A stretch of 41,438 bases of DNA from an uncultured Clostridia bacterium (GCA_947631225.1 CANRKM010000002.1:1-41438), one strand, 5' to 3'; positions 9,205-21,143 are shown, counted from the stretch's first letter. The notes: generated by a model not told the origin, from the letters alone. Program-made: numbers and translations.

Positions 9205-9389
9205 GAACTAGTGTTATAAAATTGTAATAATAATTTAAAAAAAGTAAAAAAAAATATGCTATATGTGCTTCCCTAGATATGTTTTGATTGAATTTTGTAA
9301 TATTTGAATATGAACAGAAAAAAAACTATTGAAAAAAATGAAATAATGTGAAATAATAATAACAAATTTATGTAAGGAGAGGGATATCT

Positions 9390-12300
9390 ATGAAAGAAAA
9401 TGCAAAGAAAAAGTTGAATGCTTTAGTAGCAATAGAGGTAATATTAGCTATGACACTGTATTATTTTGTTTTAATTGGACAAACATTTATTACCTATGCT
9501 ATAGATTCAGTAAGGACAAATGCCTATAATGTGGATTTTTGTGCGTATTTTCTAGGTGAAAATGGAGAAAAGCAAGAAATATTAGAAGAAAATATAGATA
9601 AAGCAGAACAATATCTATATGTAGATATTTCTGTGAAAAATGAGGGATACTTTAATGGTAAAATAAAGTTAGATAACAATAATTTTAACTTAAAACAAGA
9701 AGTATTAAGTACAGCTGTATCTTCAATTTCTGGAAATGAAGTAACATTAGGGCAAATAAACGCAGGAACAACAGCAACAGTTAAATTAGGAATAGAAGCA
9801 ATACAAGATAATAACATAAACTTAGATATGCTAAACAAAACAACTGATGTAATATTACAAGGACAATATGTAAATAGCAAAAATGTAGAAAAAGGTAATT
9901 ACACAGATGTTAATGGTAAAGCAGGAGTTACTTTAAAATTAAAATCAAGTGAAAATACAAATGCAGAATTATCTTCTGAGGTACTTACTAATTCCTTATA
10001 TAATATAAATGGAGAGCAAAAAAGAGTTGTTCAAATATTAGTAAATAGTAGAATAACAAATAACAATTATCCTATAAAAAATACTGAAATTTCTTTAAAT
10101 GGTTTAGGAGGAGCAGAAAAAGTAGAGGTACATACAAGAGGTACAAATGCAACAAATAGTAATATAGGATTTGATACAAATAATTATACATATGATGAAA
10201 AAGGTAATGTAGATATAAAAATACAAAATGAAGATATTAAAAATATAAGTTGGAATAAAAATGCTAATGACACATTAATAATAACTTATATATTTAATAA
10301 AGAAAAAAATGTTTCAAATACGAATATTTCTATTGCAAGTAAAATAAATACATATGACGAAAAAGAAATAACAGCTATGAATGAATTAAAAATTGAAGAA
10401 GAAAAAGATGGAAAAGTATCACAAGTAATAGAGACAAAAGAAGATTCTATATATAAAGGAAAAATATACACAGGAGAAGAAAGAGAATACGAAGCAACAA
10501 GTATAATAAATGTAGATTTTCCAAATGTAATGGATAATTTAGATATAAAAGCAAATGGATCATCTTTTTTAACACCAAATGGAGAGATTGTAGCAAATAT
10601 AGTATACAAACAAACAAGGATTAATAAAAATGAGTTTTTAAAAATATTTGGAGAAGAAGGATATATAACATTCAAAAGCAATGAAGGAACGATAATTGCA
10701 AATATCAATAAAGATTCAGAAATAGATGAAAATGGAGAAATAGTAATAAATTATTCAGATGGAATAAAAAATATAGAATTAATAACAAGTAAACCAAAAG
10801 ATGTAGGAACATTAAATATAAAAAATATAAAAACAATTTTAAATAACAATTATTCAAGAAACATTGTAGATACATTAACAGCTATTAAAGAGAGCGAAAC
10901 TATAAACAATATAGAAAATACAAAAGACATCATATTAAAAGAAACATCTTCACAAGCAAATATAAACATGGATGTAAAAACAATTTCAACAATGAGTGCA
11001 GGTCAAGAAATAACATTAGAAGCAACATTAGAAACAAATGATGAAAGTAAAGATTTATATAAAAATCCTACAGTAGTAGTTACATTACCTAAAGAAATAT
11101 CTGAAATGTCTGCAAAACATGCAACACTATATAAAAATGGTTTAGAAGTAGAAAATGTAGTTAGTAGGAAAAATGCTAATGGAGAATATCAAATAGAATT
11201 CAAATATAGAGGAGAACAACTAAAGTATGACTCAACTGGGGGAACAAAAATATACATTAAATTACAGGTACAAGCAAGTAAGTTAACTCCAAGTAAAACA
11301 AGTTCTATAAAAATGACATATACAAATGAAAACAAGAATCAAACAAAAGAAACAAGTGTAGACTTCAAGTTTGAATCTCAATATGGATTAATGTCATATA
11401 GCCAAATTGCAAATTATAATAATGAAGGAGATTCAATATATGCATTAAATGGTGAAACAGCTTATGCAAAAATAGATGTAAACGAAAAGAGCAAAGAAAT
11501 AATACAAAACACAGCATTAATAAATAATTATGAAGACACAATAGCTAATGTAACTTTAATAGGAACAATACCTTTTGAAAATAACAATAATGCTTTTAAA
11601 GCAACATTAAATAAAGTAGAAACAAATAATAATAATTGTAAAATATATTATTCAGAAAATCCAAATGCAATAGCAGAAGATAATAGTTGGAAAGAGACAG
11701 CAGAAAATGCAGTAAGTTACAAAATAGTATTAAATGAAATGAAAAAAGAAGAAATTTTAAAACTTAATACTACAATTACAATACCAGAAAATATACAATA
11801 TAATAAACAAGGTTCTTTATTAACGTATTCAAGTTGTAATATTAACGATCAGGAAAAAAGCAATAGTTCAAGTATAGTTTTAACAACAGAAAGCAGTATG
11901 CAAATTAAAGAAGTAGAACAAAATGTACAGATTGGAAGAACAGCTAGTGGATTAGATGTTTCAATTGTAGCTCTATCTGGAAACGAAGATTTATCAGATA
12001 ATGAAGAAATTTATGAAGGACAAACTATTAGATATAAAGTAACTGTTTCAAATAATACAGATAGCGAATATTCAGATGTTGAAATAAAAGCAACTCAAAA
12101 AAATGGTTATGTTTGGGATTGGTGTGAAGAAACAGTAAAAAATTATTATTATGGTGATGAAGAAAGAAAGGAACATTTTTATGAAATAACAAATAAAAAT
12201 GAAATAACATTAGGTACACTTGAATCATTAAAACAAGGGGAAACATATACATTTGAATATGAAGCTCAGAGTTATCTTTTAAATAATGAAAGTTTAGAAA

Positions 12301-14480
12301 ATAAAGAAAAACCAGAAACTTATGGAACTATATCTATAATACAAGGTATTGAAAAATCAGAAGAAACTATAGAAACAATAAAGAATGCTATAAAAGAAGC
12401 TGGAATAAAAGCTGAATTAATACAAGAAAATTCAAGAGAAGATGCTTGTTATGAAGACAGTGTAATAGATGCATATTTAAATATATATAATTTGACAGAA
12501 AATGCAAAAAATGATGTTATGGTTAAGTTTATTTTTTCTAATAACTTAACTTTAGGAGATGGAGAAGATATATGGAGATATTTATTTGTAGGACCTGAGG
12601 TAAAAGAGAGACTATCTATAAGTAATTTCGAAACAAACGAAAATGGAGAAACCATAGTAACATTAAAAATATCTTCAATAAATGGAAATGAGATTTTACC
12701 AATAGGAGTAAGACCACATACTAAAGAAATAGAAACAGAAGAAGAAAAGCAAAATGCTGAAATATCCGCACAAGTACAAGAAACCCAAAATATGTATTAT
12801 TCTAATAATATTGTAAGAGAATTTTATGCTATACTTAAAGATATTGATGTAAATCAAGAAATAAAACTAAGTGATGGAAAAGCTATAGATTATGATAAAG
12901 ATGTATTGGAAAATGGAGAAACAGTAACAATAACAGGATCAATTATAAATAAAGAAAATGCAAAATTAACTCCATTTATTACATATGAACTAGATTCTGC
13001 GTTTGAAATAGAAAGTGCCAAATTATTAACAGATAATGAAGAACAAGAAACAGATATATTAACTGATTTTGATTCAAATTATTTGATTATGAGTAATAAA
13101 GAAATTTCAACTTATGGTATTGCTAAAATAGTTATTAATGCTAAAGTAAATGCCGAAAAAGCATTAGAAAATGAAATGACAACAAAGTTAGATGTAGAAG
13201 ATATGGAAACAGGTAAATTTTATACTTCAACAATAAAATTAAAGGTTAACAATGAACTAGATGAAGACGATGATATTGATGACATGGAAAAAATATATCC
13301 AGATGATGATGCTAATTTTGAACCAGATATTGATGATGGAATTGATGAAGACATAGATCCAGACGATGATGAAGTAGTTCTTCCAGAATATGAGGGAATT
13401 ACAGACGATGGAGATGGCAATAATGATGGTAACACAGATGATGGAAATGATAATAAAAATCCAAATACTCCACCAACAGATGGGGATAATAAAAATCCAT
13501 CACATAGTCAAAATACATATAATGTAAGTGGAACAGTTTGGATGGATAAAAATAAAGATGGAAAAAGAACAACAGATGAAGAAAATATGAAAGATATAGA
13601 AGTTAAGGCTATAAATAGTATTACAGGAGATTTAATAGATACAACAAAAACAAATGAAAATGGTACATATACATTTAATTTATCTGAGGCAGAATATATA
13701 ATAGCATTTTTATATAATGATGAACTTTACAATGTTACTACTTATCATGCAGATGGAGCTGGAGACGATGTAAACTCTGATGCTATTAGAAAACAAATGC
13801 AAATAGATGGAAGAAATGTAATTGTTGGTGCAACAGATAGTTTGAAATTAAAATCAAATTTAACCAATATAGATATAGGATTAATTTTAAGAAAACAATT
13901 TGATTTGAAAGTAGATAAATATGTTAGTAAAATAACAGTTACAAATGATGCTGGAACAAAAACTTATGAACAAAAAGATAATACATCAAGTGCCAAAATA
14001 GATATACATGCTAAAAATTTAAATAATTCACTAGTAATAATAGAATATAAAATAAAAGTTACAAATATTGGTGAAGTAGAAGGTTATGCTAAAAACATAG
14101 TAGATTACAAACCATCAGATTTAAGCTTTAAATCAAGTTTGAATTCAGATTGGTATCAATCAGGAGAAAACTTATATTCAACAAATTTGGCAAATACTAA
14201 AATAGCACCTGGTGAAACAAAAGAATTAAAATTGATATTAACGAAGACTATGACAGAATCTAATACAGGTTTGGTAAATAACAAAGCAAAAATAACGAAA
14301 AGCTCTAATGATTTAGGAATAGAAGATGACACAGATAATGAAGCAAGTGCAAACGTAATTATAAGTATAAGTACAGGTGTAGTAATTAGTTATATATCAA
14401 CAATAATAATTATAATGATTTCATTATGTATAGTAGCATATTTAGTAAATAGGAAAAATTTATACAAGAATAAGGGGTGA
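9390..14480 (+). CDS. Giant (1696 aa) secreted, cell-surface protein with Asp-rich linker and SdrD B-like domain
   Basis: N-terminal signal-like segment, beta-rich repeats, acidic linker around 13258-13500, VSGTVWMD.NKDG.R...E and T.TNENGTY.F SdrD_B-like motifs, C-terminal ISTG + hydrophobic helix + RK tail; AAGGAG RBS. Confidence 0.78.
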   Translation: MKENAKKKLNALVAIEVILAMTLYYFVLIGQTFITYAIDSVRTNAYNVDFCAYFLGENGEKQEILEENIDKAEQYLYVDISVKNEGYFNGKIKLDNNNFNLKQEVLSTAVSSISGNEVTLGQINAGTTATVKLGIEAIQDNNINLDMLNKTTDVILQGQYVNSKNVEKGNYTDVNGKAGVTLKLKSSENTNAELSSEVLTNSLYNINGEQKRVVQILVNSRITNNNYPIKNTEISLNGLGGAEKVEVHTRGTNATNSNIGFDTNNYTYDEKGNVDIKIQNEDIKNISWNKNANDTLIITYIFNKEKNVSNTNISIASKINTYDEKEITAMNELKIEEEKDGKVSQVIETKEDSIYKGKIYTGEEREYEATSIINVDFPNVMDNLDIKANGSSFLTPNGEIVANIVYKQTRINKNEFLKIFGEEGYITFKSNEGTIIANINKDSEIDENGEIVINYSDGIKNIELITSKPKDVGTLNIKNIKTILNNNYSRNIVDTLTAIKESETINNIENTKDIILKETSSQANINMDVKTISTMSAGQEITLEATLETNDESKDLYKNPTVVVTLPKEISEMSAKHATLYKNGLEVENVVSRKNANGEYQIEFKYRGEQLKYDSTGGTKIYIKLQVQASKLTPSKTSSIKMTYTNENKNQTKETSVDFKFESQYGLMSYSQIANYNNEGDSIYALNGETAYAKIDVNEKSKEIIQNTALINNYEDTIANVTLIGTIPFENNNNAFKATLNKVETNNNNCKIYYSENPNAIAEDNSWKETAENAVSYKIVLNEMKKEEILKLNTTITIPENIQYNKQGSLLTYSSCNINDQEKSNSSSIVLTTESSMQIKEVEQNVQIGRTASGLDVSIVALSGNEDLSDNEEIYEGQTIRYKVTVSNNTDSEYSDVEIKATQKNGYVWDWCEETVKNYYYGDEERKEHFYEITNKNEITLGTLESLKQGETYTFEYEAQSYLLNNESLENKEKPETYGTISIIQGIEKSEETIETIKNAIKEAGIKAELIQENSREDACYEDSVIDAYLNIYNLTENAKNDVMVKFIFSNNLTLGDGEDIWRYLFVGPEVKERLSISNFETNENGETIVTLKISSINGNEILPIGVRPHTKEIETEEEKQNAEISAQVQETQNMYYSNNIVREFYAILKDIDVNQEIKLSDGKAIDYDKDVLENGETVTITGSIINKENAKLTPFITYELDSAFEIESAKLLTDNEEQETDILTDFDSNYLIMSNKEISTYGIAKIVINAKVNAEKALENEMTTKLDVEDMETGKFYTSTIKLKVNNELDEDDDIDDMEKIYPDDDANFEPDIDDGIDEDIDPDDDEVVLPEYEGITDDGDGNNDGNTDDGNDNKNPNTPPTDGDNKNPSHSQNTYNVSGTVWMDKNKDGKRTTDEENMKDIEVKAINSITGDLIDTTKTNENGTYTFNLSEAEYIIAFLYNDELYNVTTYHADGAGDDVNSDAIRKQMQIDGRNVIVGATDSLKLKSNLTNIDIGLILRKQFDLKVDKYVSKITVTNDAGTKTYEQKDNTSSAKIDIHAKNLNNSLVIIEYKIKVTNIGEVEGYAKNIVDYKPSDLSFKSSLNSDWYQSGENLYSTNLANTKIAPGETKELKLILTKTMTESNTGLVNNKAKITKSSNDLGIEDDTDNEASANVIISISTGVVISYISTIIIIMISLCIVAYLVNRKNLYKNKG

Positions 14481-17400
14481 ATATAATGATTAAAAAGTTA
14501 AAATACCTAATGATAATTATTGTTAGTATAATAATTTGTTGGGGAATTGCCGATATATGTATAGCCGAAAATGACACTTTTTCTGCAAATGGAAGTATAG
14601 TACAATATAATGGAAGAAATCTTCATATAGATGATTTGTCTTATTTACTATCGGAAAATCAAGATTTTGTTGGTAAATTTTTGAATTCAGATGTATTTTT
14701 AAATAAGTATTTGTCTGTAAATAGTGATGATAGGCGCTATGCTCCTTTTGAAAGTGGTGGTGTAAAATATAGGGCAGGAATATGTTGGCGTCATGACCAA
14801 GGAAATAGGGGATCAGCAAATTATTTAGTTACAGGACAAATTGAGGTTAAATGGGATGAAGCTCAAGGAAAAATGGTTGCAATTTCAAGAGGAGAATATG
14901 GAGAAAAAGAAGTAAAGTCAGACTATGCCACAGAACTTAGTTATGTTTTATATTTAAATCAAGCTAAGGGTATTGATTATGAGAGTTCAAAATTTAAAGA
15001 TTATATAGTACATTATTTGAATAAGAAATCGGAGGTTACGAATAAGAAATGGATTAATTATCCAGAAGAATTTGATTCTATGAATGGATCGGTAGAAGAT
15101 AGAGGGATAGGAAGTGAGTACGAACAGGAATTAAAAAATTATACAAATGAATTACAGAACTATAAAAAAATAACAAAAGTGGATACTAAGGGTGAGCTAA
15201 TGGAAAGACCTAATTATGACTTCTCAAAAATCATAGATAATCAGAAGGCAAATTATCGTGTAGTTGGACCATTTAAAATGGAATGGGGTGGAACAGCACT
15301 AAAAGAAAAAGGAATTACGGTTAATGGTACCCCATGTACTCTTGATAAGAATAGTATACTTTATACGTATTCTCAAGGCAAAAATAAAGAAGATTACAAA
15401 GATCCAACAGTTTGGAGCAATAAATGTTCGGATATTAAATCTGGTCATTCATTTTTCCTAGCCATAAGAAAAAATTACTTACCAGAGGGGAATAAAGATT
15501 ACAAGATTGTTTTTAACCAAAAGCCAGTTAAATATTACAGAGGTAAAATTCTATTTTTAGAAAGTGCAATGAGACAACAAAATTCTTTGCAGGCATCAAC
15601 TACTGCAAAAGAAGAATCAGAGGAGGCATTTGTAGAATATAAAGTTAGACATATAGTTGAAGGAAAAATAACAATTCAAAAAGTTGACAGAGAGACAAAA
15701 ACTGCAATTAAAGGTGTTCAATTAAAAATATATGGAGTTATTAATGCTAAAAATAAGGGATGGGTGCAAGATGATGGAAGTCTAGGTGAATATAGCAATG
15801 CTAAGACGTTTACGACCAATGCAAATGGAAACGCAAGTTTTGATAAAGTAAAAGAAGGAAAGTATTATATATATGAAACTAAAGCTGGTTCAGGATATGA
15901 TTTAAATGCCCAAAGGGATTATTTTCCTGATTCAGACGATCCGAACAGATTTGCAGGAAAGAAAGAATATGGTTATGCGGTATATTTAGGAACAAAAACA
16001 AGTAAATATAATAATATAACACTAACATGTAATCAATATCATAGTGGAAAAATAACAATTTATAAGCAAGACAGCGAAAATTCAACAAAAATTGATGGTG
16101 TAGGATTAAAAATTTATGGAGTTTTAACAGATGGCGTGACTAAAGGTTGGCTAAAATCGGATTTAAGTTTAAGTGAAAACTTTTCAGATGCGAAAGAATG
16201 GAAAACAAAAGATGGAGGAAAACTAACTCTTAATAATTTAAGAAGAGGACATTATTATGTATATGAAAGTACTGCTGCACCAGGATATGACTTAGAAGCA
16301 CAAAGAATAGCATATGCTGATTCAAAAGATAAAGATGTTGGTTTTGCAGGAAATAAGCAATATGGTTCTATGGTATATTTAGGAAAAATTGATGGTAACT
16401 ATATAGCAAGAGAAAAAACATACAAACAATATCCAAGGAAACTAACAATTACCAAAAAAGATAAAGATACTGGGGAAGTAGTTCAAAATGTAAAAGTCAA
16501 AGTACTTGTTCAAGCTAATGGAAAAGATGGATTATATAAAAAAGATACATGGGGATGGTTACAAAGTGATGGCACAATTAAGTCTAGTATGGCAACTATT
16601 AATTTAGGTGAAACTGGTTCAAAAACAATATACAAAGTACCTCTAGGAAAATATTACGTATATGAGACTGCTACAGGTAGTGAATATTATTTAGAAGATC
16701 AAACAGGTTATAAGGCAAAAAAACCTGATGGCTGTAATGTAACTTTCTTTAATGAAAATGAAGAGTATGCTTTAGTAAAGACTTCTGACTTTACTGATAA
16801 CAAATATTTAAATCTATCAATTAAGGCAACTAACCGTAAAGGTGAATTGACTATAATCAAAAAGAACGGTGGAGATAAATTAAATGGTGCAGAAATAAAA
16901 ATATATGCTACAGGTTTAAAAGGTGGTAAAACAACATCAGGATGGCTAAAGAAAAATGAAAATAAATATGAATATGTAGGATATAATGATGCAACTACAT
17001 TTACAACAGGAGAGGTAGAAAAAGGAGAAATAATATTAAAAGGTATTGAATATGGACAATACCATATATATGAAACAAAAGCACCTGAAGGTTATGATAT
17101 TACAGTACAACCTGGATATCATAAAAAAGTAGATAATGCAGGACAAACAAGTTTAGGTAATAATGATTGGGTATATTTAGGTTTAGCATCTGTAAACAAA
17201 GGTAAAAGCAGAGTTGTAAATATAGAAGTTTCTAACTTAAAGCCACAAATAACAATTCATAAAACAGATCTTGGTTCTGGAGAGAATATAGAAAATGTTG
17301 GAGTTAAAATACTTGTTCAATTAAGTCAAGATGCTGTATATGGAGGAACAACTTACAAGATCGGTACTTGGGGTTGGGTAAAGGCAGATGGATCTATATC

Positions 17401-20400
17401 AACAGCAGTTAATGATGCATATACATTTGTAACAGATAAAGAAGGAAATGCTATAATTAAAGATATACCTTATGGAACATTTTATGTATATGAAGTTAAT
17501 ACAGCAAAAGAGTATTATTTAAGAGATCAAAGTGGATATATGAGTGAAAAACCTTTAGAGTATACTGGAACTTTCTTAAATGGTGAATATGCTTATTTAG
17601 GTAGCAAAGTAGTAGCAAATAATGCAGAGGAAATGAGTGTTACATTAGAAGCTACAAACAGAAAAGGTGAATTACACATTACAAAAATAGATGAAGATTA
17701 TAAAGAAGATTTAGGATTGAAAGAAGATTTAGTTTTACCAAGAGTAGAAATGAAAATATATGGAACAGAACTAGATGGTGATCAAACTTCTGGATGGTTA
17801 AGAAAGGAAGAAAATTTATATAAATATACAACATATGAAGAAGCAACAACATTTACAACAAATGATGAAGGAAAAATAGATTTATATGGTATGAAATATG
17901 GTACATATTATGTATATGAAACAAAAGCACCAGAAGAATATGATATTAAAAAGCAAGATCATTATCATGAAGTTCAACCTGGATCAAAAGATTTAGGTGA
18001 AGAAGATTGGGCATTTTTAGGAAAAATAGATATTACAAACGAAAACAACATGATTAACCAAACATTTTCAAACAAAAAGGTAGTAGAATTAAAAGGAAAG
18101 GTATGGGAAGATGTAGCACCAGATGTAAAAAATGGAGCAAGTAATAATAACATAGAAGATAAAGATGAACAAAAAATACAAGGTATTACAGTAAACTTAT
18201 GGAATAAGAAGACAGGAGAGAAAATTGCAACAACAACTACAAATGAACAAGGAGAATATATATTTAATGAAACTACTGTTAATAGAAAACTAAGTTATTG
18301 GGAATTAGCATATAGTTATGTAGAGTTTATATATGATAATACAAAATATATTACAGTATCTCCATTTGAAGGTGATGATGTTTCTAAAAATTCAAAAGCA
18401 CAAGAAAAAGAAGTTATACAAACTGGTGGTGAAAGGAATAAAGGACAATTATATGATGGAAACTTAACAGGAACTGTAGATCCATTGCCTGGTAGAGCTG
18501 TAACTTATGAAGGTAGAAATAATGCACAAACAAGTGAATTAACTAAACAGAGTATATTAGCAAATAGAGATAATAAGCAAGATGAAAAATTACTAACAAG
18601 TTTCTTTAATGCAGATACATATACAATTGAGAATATAAATTTAGGTTTAATGGAAAAAATAGAGCCTACATACACAGTTGGTGAAACATTAGATTATGTA
18701 AAAATAGTAAGAGGAAATTACACATTTAAATATGTGTATGGAGATGACGCAGTATATGAATTAGCAAGCGGAGGAACTGGAATTCAAGCACCTTCAACTG
18801 TACCAGAAGTTAAATTACAAAATACTTCAAGATCATTTACACAAAAAATATATCCATCAGATATTAAATATAACTATGCAATAGAAAATAGCGATAAAGA
18901 TAAATACAAAGTTTATGTAGTTTATAAAATATATGTAAAAAATACTACAAATATTTATAATGAAGATGTATATTCTGAAAATGGATTATACTTAGATAGC
19001 TTAACAAACACTTATGATACAACCAGATATGAATTAAATAATGATGATATAGGAGAAGGAATTAGAGATGAAATTAGTAGATGGACAAGCTCAGGAAATA
19101 AAGCAACATTTAATATATCTGGATCAAATAAAAAATATGAAGCAGGAAAAGGTGGCATTAAAGGAGGAGAAACAGAAAACACATATATTCAATTTAAAGT
19201 AACAGATAGTGCATTAGTAGATTTAGTAGTAAAATCTAAAGAAGAACTAGAAAATATATATAAGACCGCACCAACAAATGCAGAAATTTTTGGATATCAT
19301 GAATACAAGAGAAAAGATAGAAATTGGGTAGATTGGGAAAACAATCGAAATACAAAAGTGTATGATCATATGTCAAAAAGCAAAGATGAACATGATGGAG
19401 CATTAGGAATTAAATGGAGTTTATTTGATACAAGAACAATTTCTGGATCAGTATTCGAAGATGGAAAAGTAGATAACTTAAACGGAGAAGACAGAAAAGA
19501 TGAAAGAGTTGGTAATGGTACTTATGATGAAGGTGAAAACAAAGTACAAGATGTATATGTAAGTTTAATGGCAATTGATGATGGCGGAAATGCAGAAATT
19601 GCAAGATTATATGATAATGAATTAATACAATCTAATGGAATGTGGACAACAATTCCTCGATTGGCTGTAACAAAAGTTGATGACAATGGAAACTATAGTC
19701 TTAAAGGAGTTGTACCAGGAAAATATTATTTGAAATTTACATATGGTGATGGAAGAATTAAATATACAGACATAGAAGGAAATGAAATTTCAAATGATGT
19801 TGGAACTACAAAAGGTAATGAACATCAAAAAATAGATAGTAGTTATTACAAATCAACAATTTTAACAGGAAAAGTAAAAGATGCAACTAAAGTTGAAATT
19901 AATAGAAGTACAACACCAGTTAAAACACAGATTACAACAAGTAACGATAAATGGTATTTGCCAGATTATAAAGAAGAAAATGGAAATATAATATTTAGTT
20001 CATCTTCTAATTCAATTGCAGTAGACTATGATGGAATATATACAGATAAAAACGGTAATGAAACATCTAGTGAAAGTATAATTAATGATAGAACAACCTC
20101 AGATAAAGAAATTAACTATACATCAACACAAGGAAAAGTTCTTATAAATGCAATTAGTCCAAATATGGATGTACAATTTGAGTACATAGCAGATAGAGAA
20201 ATGTATTTAAGAGCAAGTAGAGATTGGTCAAATAAATTAATTAATGATTGTCAAAATATGTGTTTTGGTATAATAGAAAGACCACATGTAGATTTAACTT
20301 TGGATAAGAGTATATCTAACATAAAAATTACATTATCTAATGGTACTACAATAATTAATCAGAACCCAAGTACACAAAATATATCTTCTTCTGTAAGAGG

Positions 20401-21112
20401 TTTAAGTGAAAGTTACTCAGTTGTTGAGCGTTCAATTGATGATTTAGGTGGTGCAGAATTTGAGGTTAAATATGAATTAGTTGTTAACAACAAATCAGAA
20501 TTAGATTATGCAAATAAAGACTACTATGTAATAGGAGATAAGGGAGATAGTGAATGTGTTAAAACAAAAATAACAGAAATTATAGATTATACTTCATCAG
20601 GAGAAGAATGTACTTATAAAGATAATGATAAATTATATTTGGTAGATGAATATGATTTATACAGTAGTGGTGTAAAATATAATAAAGATGAGCACTATGT
20701 ACCTGAAACGAATGAATACAATAAAGAATATGGACAAAAAATATTAATACCAAAAGATGGAGAATTAACACCAGAAAAAGCAGGAGGAAAATCATCTGAA
20801 ACATATGATATAACAGTTACTGAATTAATAAATGGTAGAGAAGATAATTTAGGAATAGAAAATTATTCAGAAATTATAGGATTTGTAAATTCAACATTTA
20901 CTAAACAGTATGCAAGTAGAGAAGGAAACTACAAGTTTGGAGATGATGTTGATGCTCCAGTTGGAACAAACGAGAGGGATAACGCAGGTTGCATAACACA
21001 AATAACACCTAGTACAGGTGAAAATAGAAGTTACACTATTTATATAGTAGGAGTAGTAATGCTAGTTGTGATAGCAGGAGGAATTATTGTAATAAAAAAA
21101 TTTGTAATATAA
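14477..21112 (+). CDS. Giant (about 2210 aa) adhesin-like surface protein with six SpaA/Cna-B-like repeats and SdrD B-like domains
   Basis: Signal peptide, six repeats of I-x-K-x-D...G-x-Y-x-[IV]-YE-x-x-A-x-x-x-Y, LKGKVWED and ISGSVFED domains, C-terminal TPSTG + TM + KK; start GTG 14477 overlapping the upstream stop, or ATG 14486. Confidence 0.8.
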   Translation: MNIMIKKLKYLMIIIVSIIICWGIADICIAENDTFSANGSIVQYNGRNLHIDDLSYLLSENQDFVGKFLNSDVFLNKYLSVNSDDRRYAPFESGGVKYRAGICWRHDQGNRGSANYLVTGQIEVKWDEAQGKMVAISRGEYGEKEVKSDYATELSYVLYLNQAKGIDYESSKFKDYIVHYLNKKSEVTNKKWINYPEEFDSMNGSVEDRGIGSEYEQELKNYTNELQNYKKITKVDTKGELMERPNYDFSKIIDNQKANYRVVGPFKMEWGGTALKEKGITVNGTPCTLDKNSILYTYSQGKNKEDYKDPTVWSNKCSDIKSGHSFFLAIRKNYLPEGNKDYKIVFNQKPVKYYRGKILFLESAMRQQNSLQASTTAKEESEEAFVEYKVRHIVEGKITIQKVDRETKTAIKGVQLKIYGVINAKNKGWVQDDGSLGEYSNAKTFTTNANGNASFDKVKEGKYYIYETKAGSGYDLNAQRDYFPDSDDPNRFAGKKEYGYAVYLGTKTSKYNNITLTCNQYHSGKITIYKQDSENSTKIDGVGLKIYGVLTDGVTKGWLKSDLSLSENFSDAKEWKTKDGGKLTLNNLRRGHYYVYESTAAPGYDLEAQRIAYADSKDKDVGFAGNKQYGSMVYLGKIDGNYIAREKTYKQYPRKLTITKKDKDTGEVVQNVKVKVLVQANGKDGLYKKDTWGWLQSDGTIKSSMATINLGETGSKTIYKVPLGKYYVYETATGSEYYLEDQTGYKAKKPDGCNVTFFNENEEYALVKTSDFTDNKYLNLSIKATNRKGELTIIKKNGGDKLNGAEIKIYATGLKGGKTTSGWLKKNENKYEYVGYNDATTFTTGEVEKGEIILKGIEYGQYHIYETKAPEGYDITVQPGYHKKVDNAGQTSLGNNDWVYLGLASVNKGKSRVVNIEVSNLKPQITIHKTDLGSGENIENVGVKILVQLSQDAVYGGTTYKIGTWGWVKADGSISTAVNDAYTFVTDKEGNAIIKDIPYGTFYVYEVNTAKEYYLRDQSGYMSEKPLEYTGTFLNGEYAYLGSKVVANNAEEMSVTLEATNRKGELHITKIDEDYKEDLGLKEDLVLPRVEMKIYGTELDGDQTSGWLRKEENLYKYTTYEEATTFTTNDEGKIDLYGMKYGTYYVYETKAPEEYDIKKQDHYHEVQPGSKDLGEEDWAFLGKIDITNENNMINQTFSNKKVVELKGKVWEDVAPDVKNGASNNNIEDKDEQKIQGITVNLWNKKTGEKIATTTTNEQGEYIFNETTVNRKLSYWELAYSYVEFIYDNTKYITVSPFEGDDVSKNSKAQEKEVIQTGGERNKGQLYDGNLTGTVDPLPGRAVTYEGRNNAQTSELTKQSILANRDNKQDEKLLTSFFNADTYTIENINLGLMEKIEPTYTVGETLDYVKIVRGNYTFKYVYGDDAVYELASGGTGIQAPSTVPEVKLQNTSRSFTQKIYPSDIKYNYAIENSDKDKYKVYVVYKIYVKNTTNIYNEDVYSENGLYLDSLTNTYDTTRYELNNDDIGEGIRDEISRWTSSGNKATFNISGSNKKYEAGKGGIKGGETENTYIQFKVTDSALVDLVVKSKEELENIYKTAPTNAEIFGYHEYKRKDRNWVDWENNRNTKVYDHMSKSKDEHDGALGIKWSLFDTRTISGSVFEDGKVDNLNGEDRKDERVGNGTYDEGENKVQDVYVSLMAIDDGGNAEIARLYDNELIQSNGMWTTIPRLAVTKVDDNGNYSLKGVVPGKYYLKFTYGDGRIKYTDIEGNEISNDVGTTKGNEHQKIDSSYYKSTILTGKVKDATKVEINRSTTPVKTQITTSNDKWYLPDYKEENGNIIFSSSSNSIAVDYDGIYTDKNGNETSSESIINDRTTSDKEINYTSTQGKVLINAISPNMDVQFEYIADREMYLRASRDWSNKLINDCQNMCFGIIERPHVDLTLDKSISNIKITLSNGTTIINQNPSTQNISSSVRGLSESYSVVERSIDDLGGAEFEVKYELVVNNKSELDYANKDYYVIGDKGDSECVKTKITEIIDYTSSGEECTYKDNDKLYLVDEYDLYSSGVKYNKDEHYVPETNEYNKEYGQKILIPKDGELTPEKAGGKSSETYDITVTELINGREDNLGIENYSEIIGFVNSTFTKQYASREGNYKFGDDVDAPVGTNERDNAGCITQITPSTGENRSYTIYIVGVVMLVVIAGGIIVIKKFVI

Positions 21113-21143
21113 TTCTTTAAAAAATTTATGTCATCTTTTTGAC

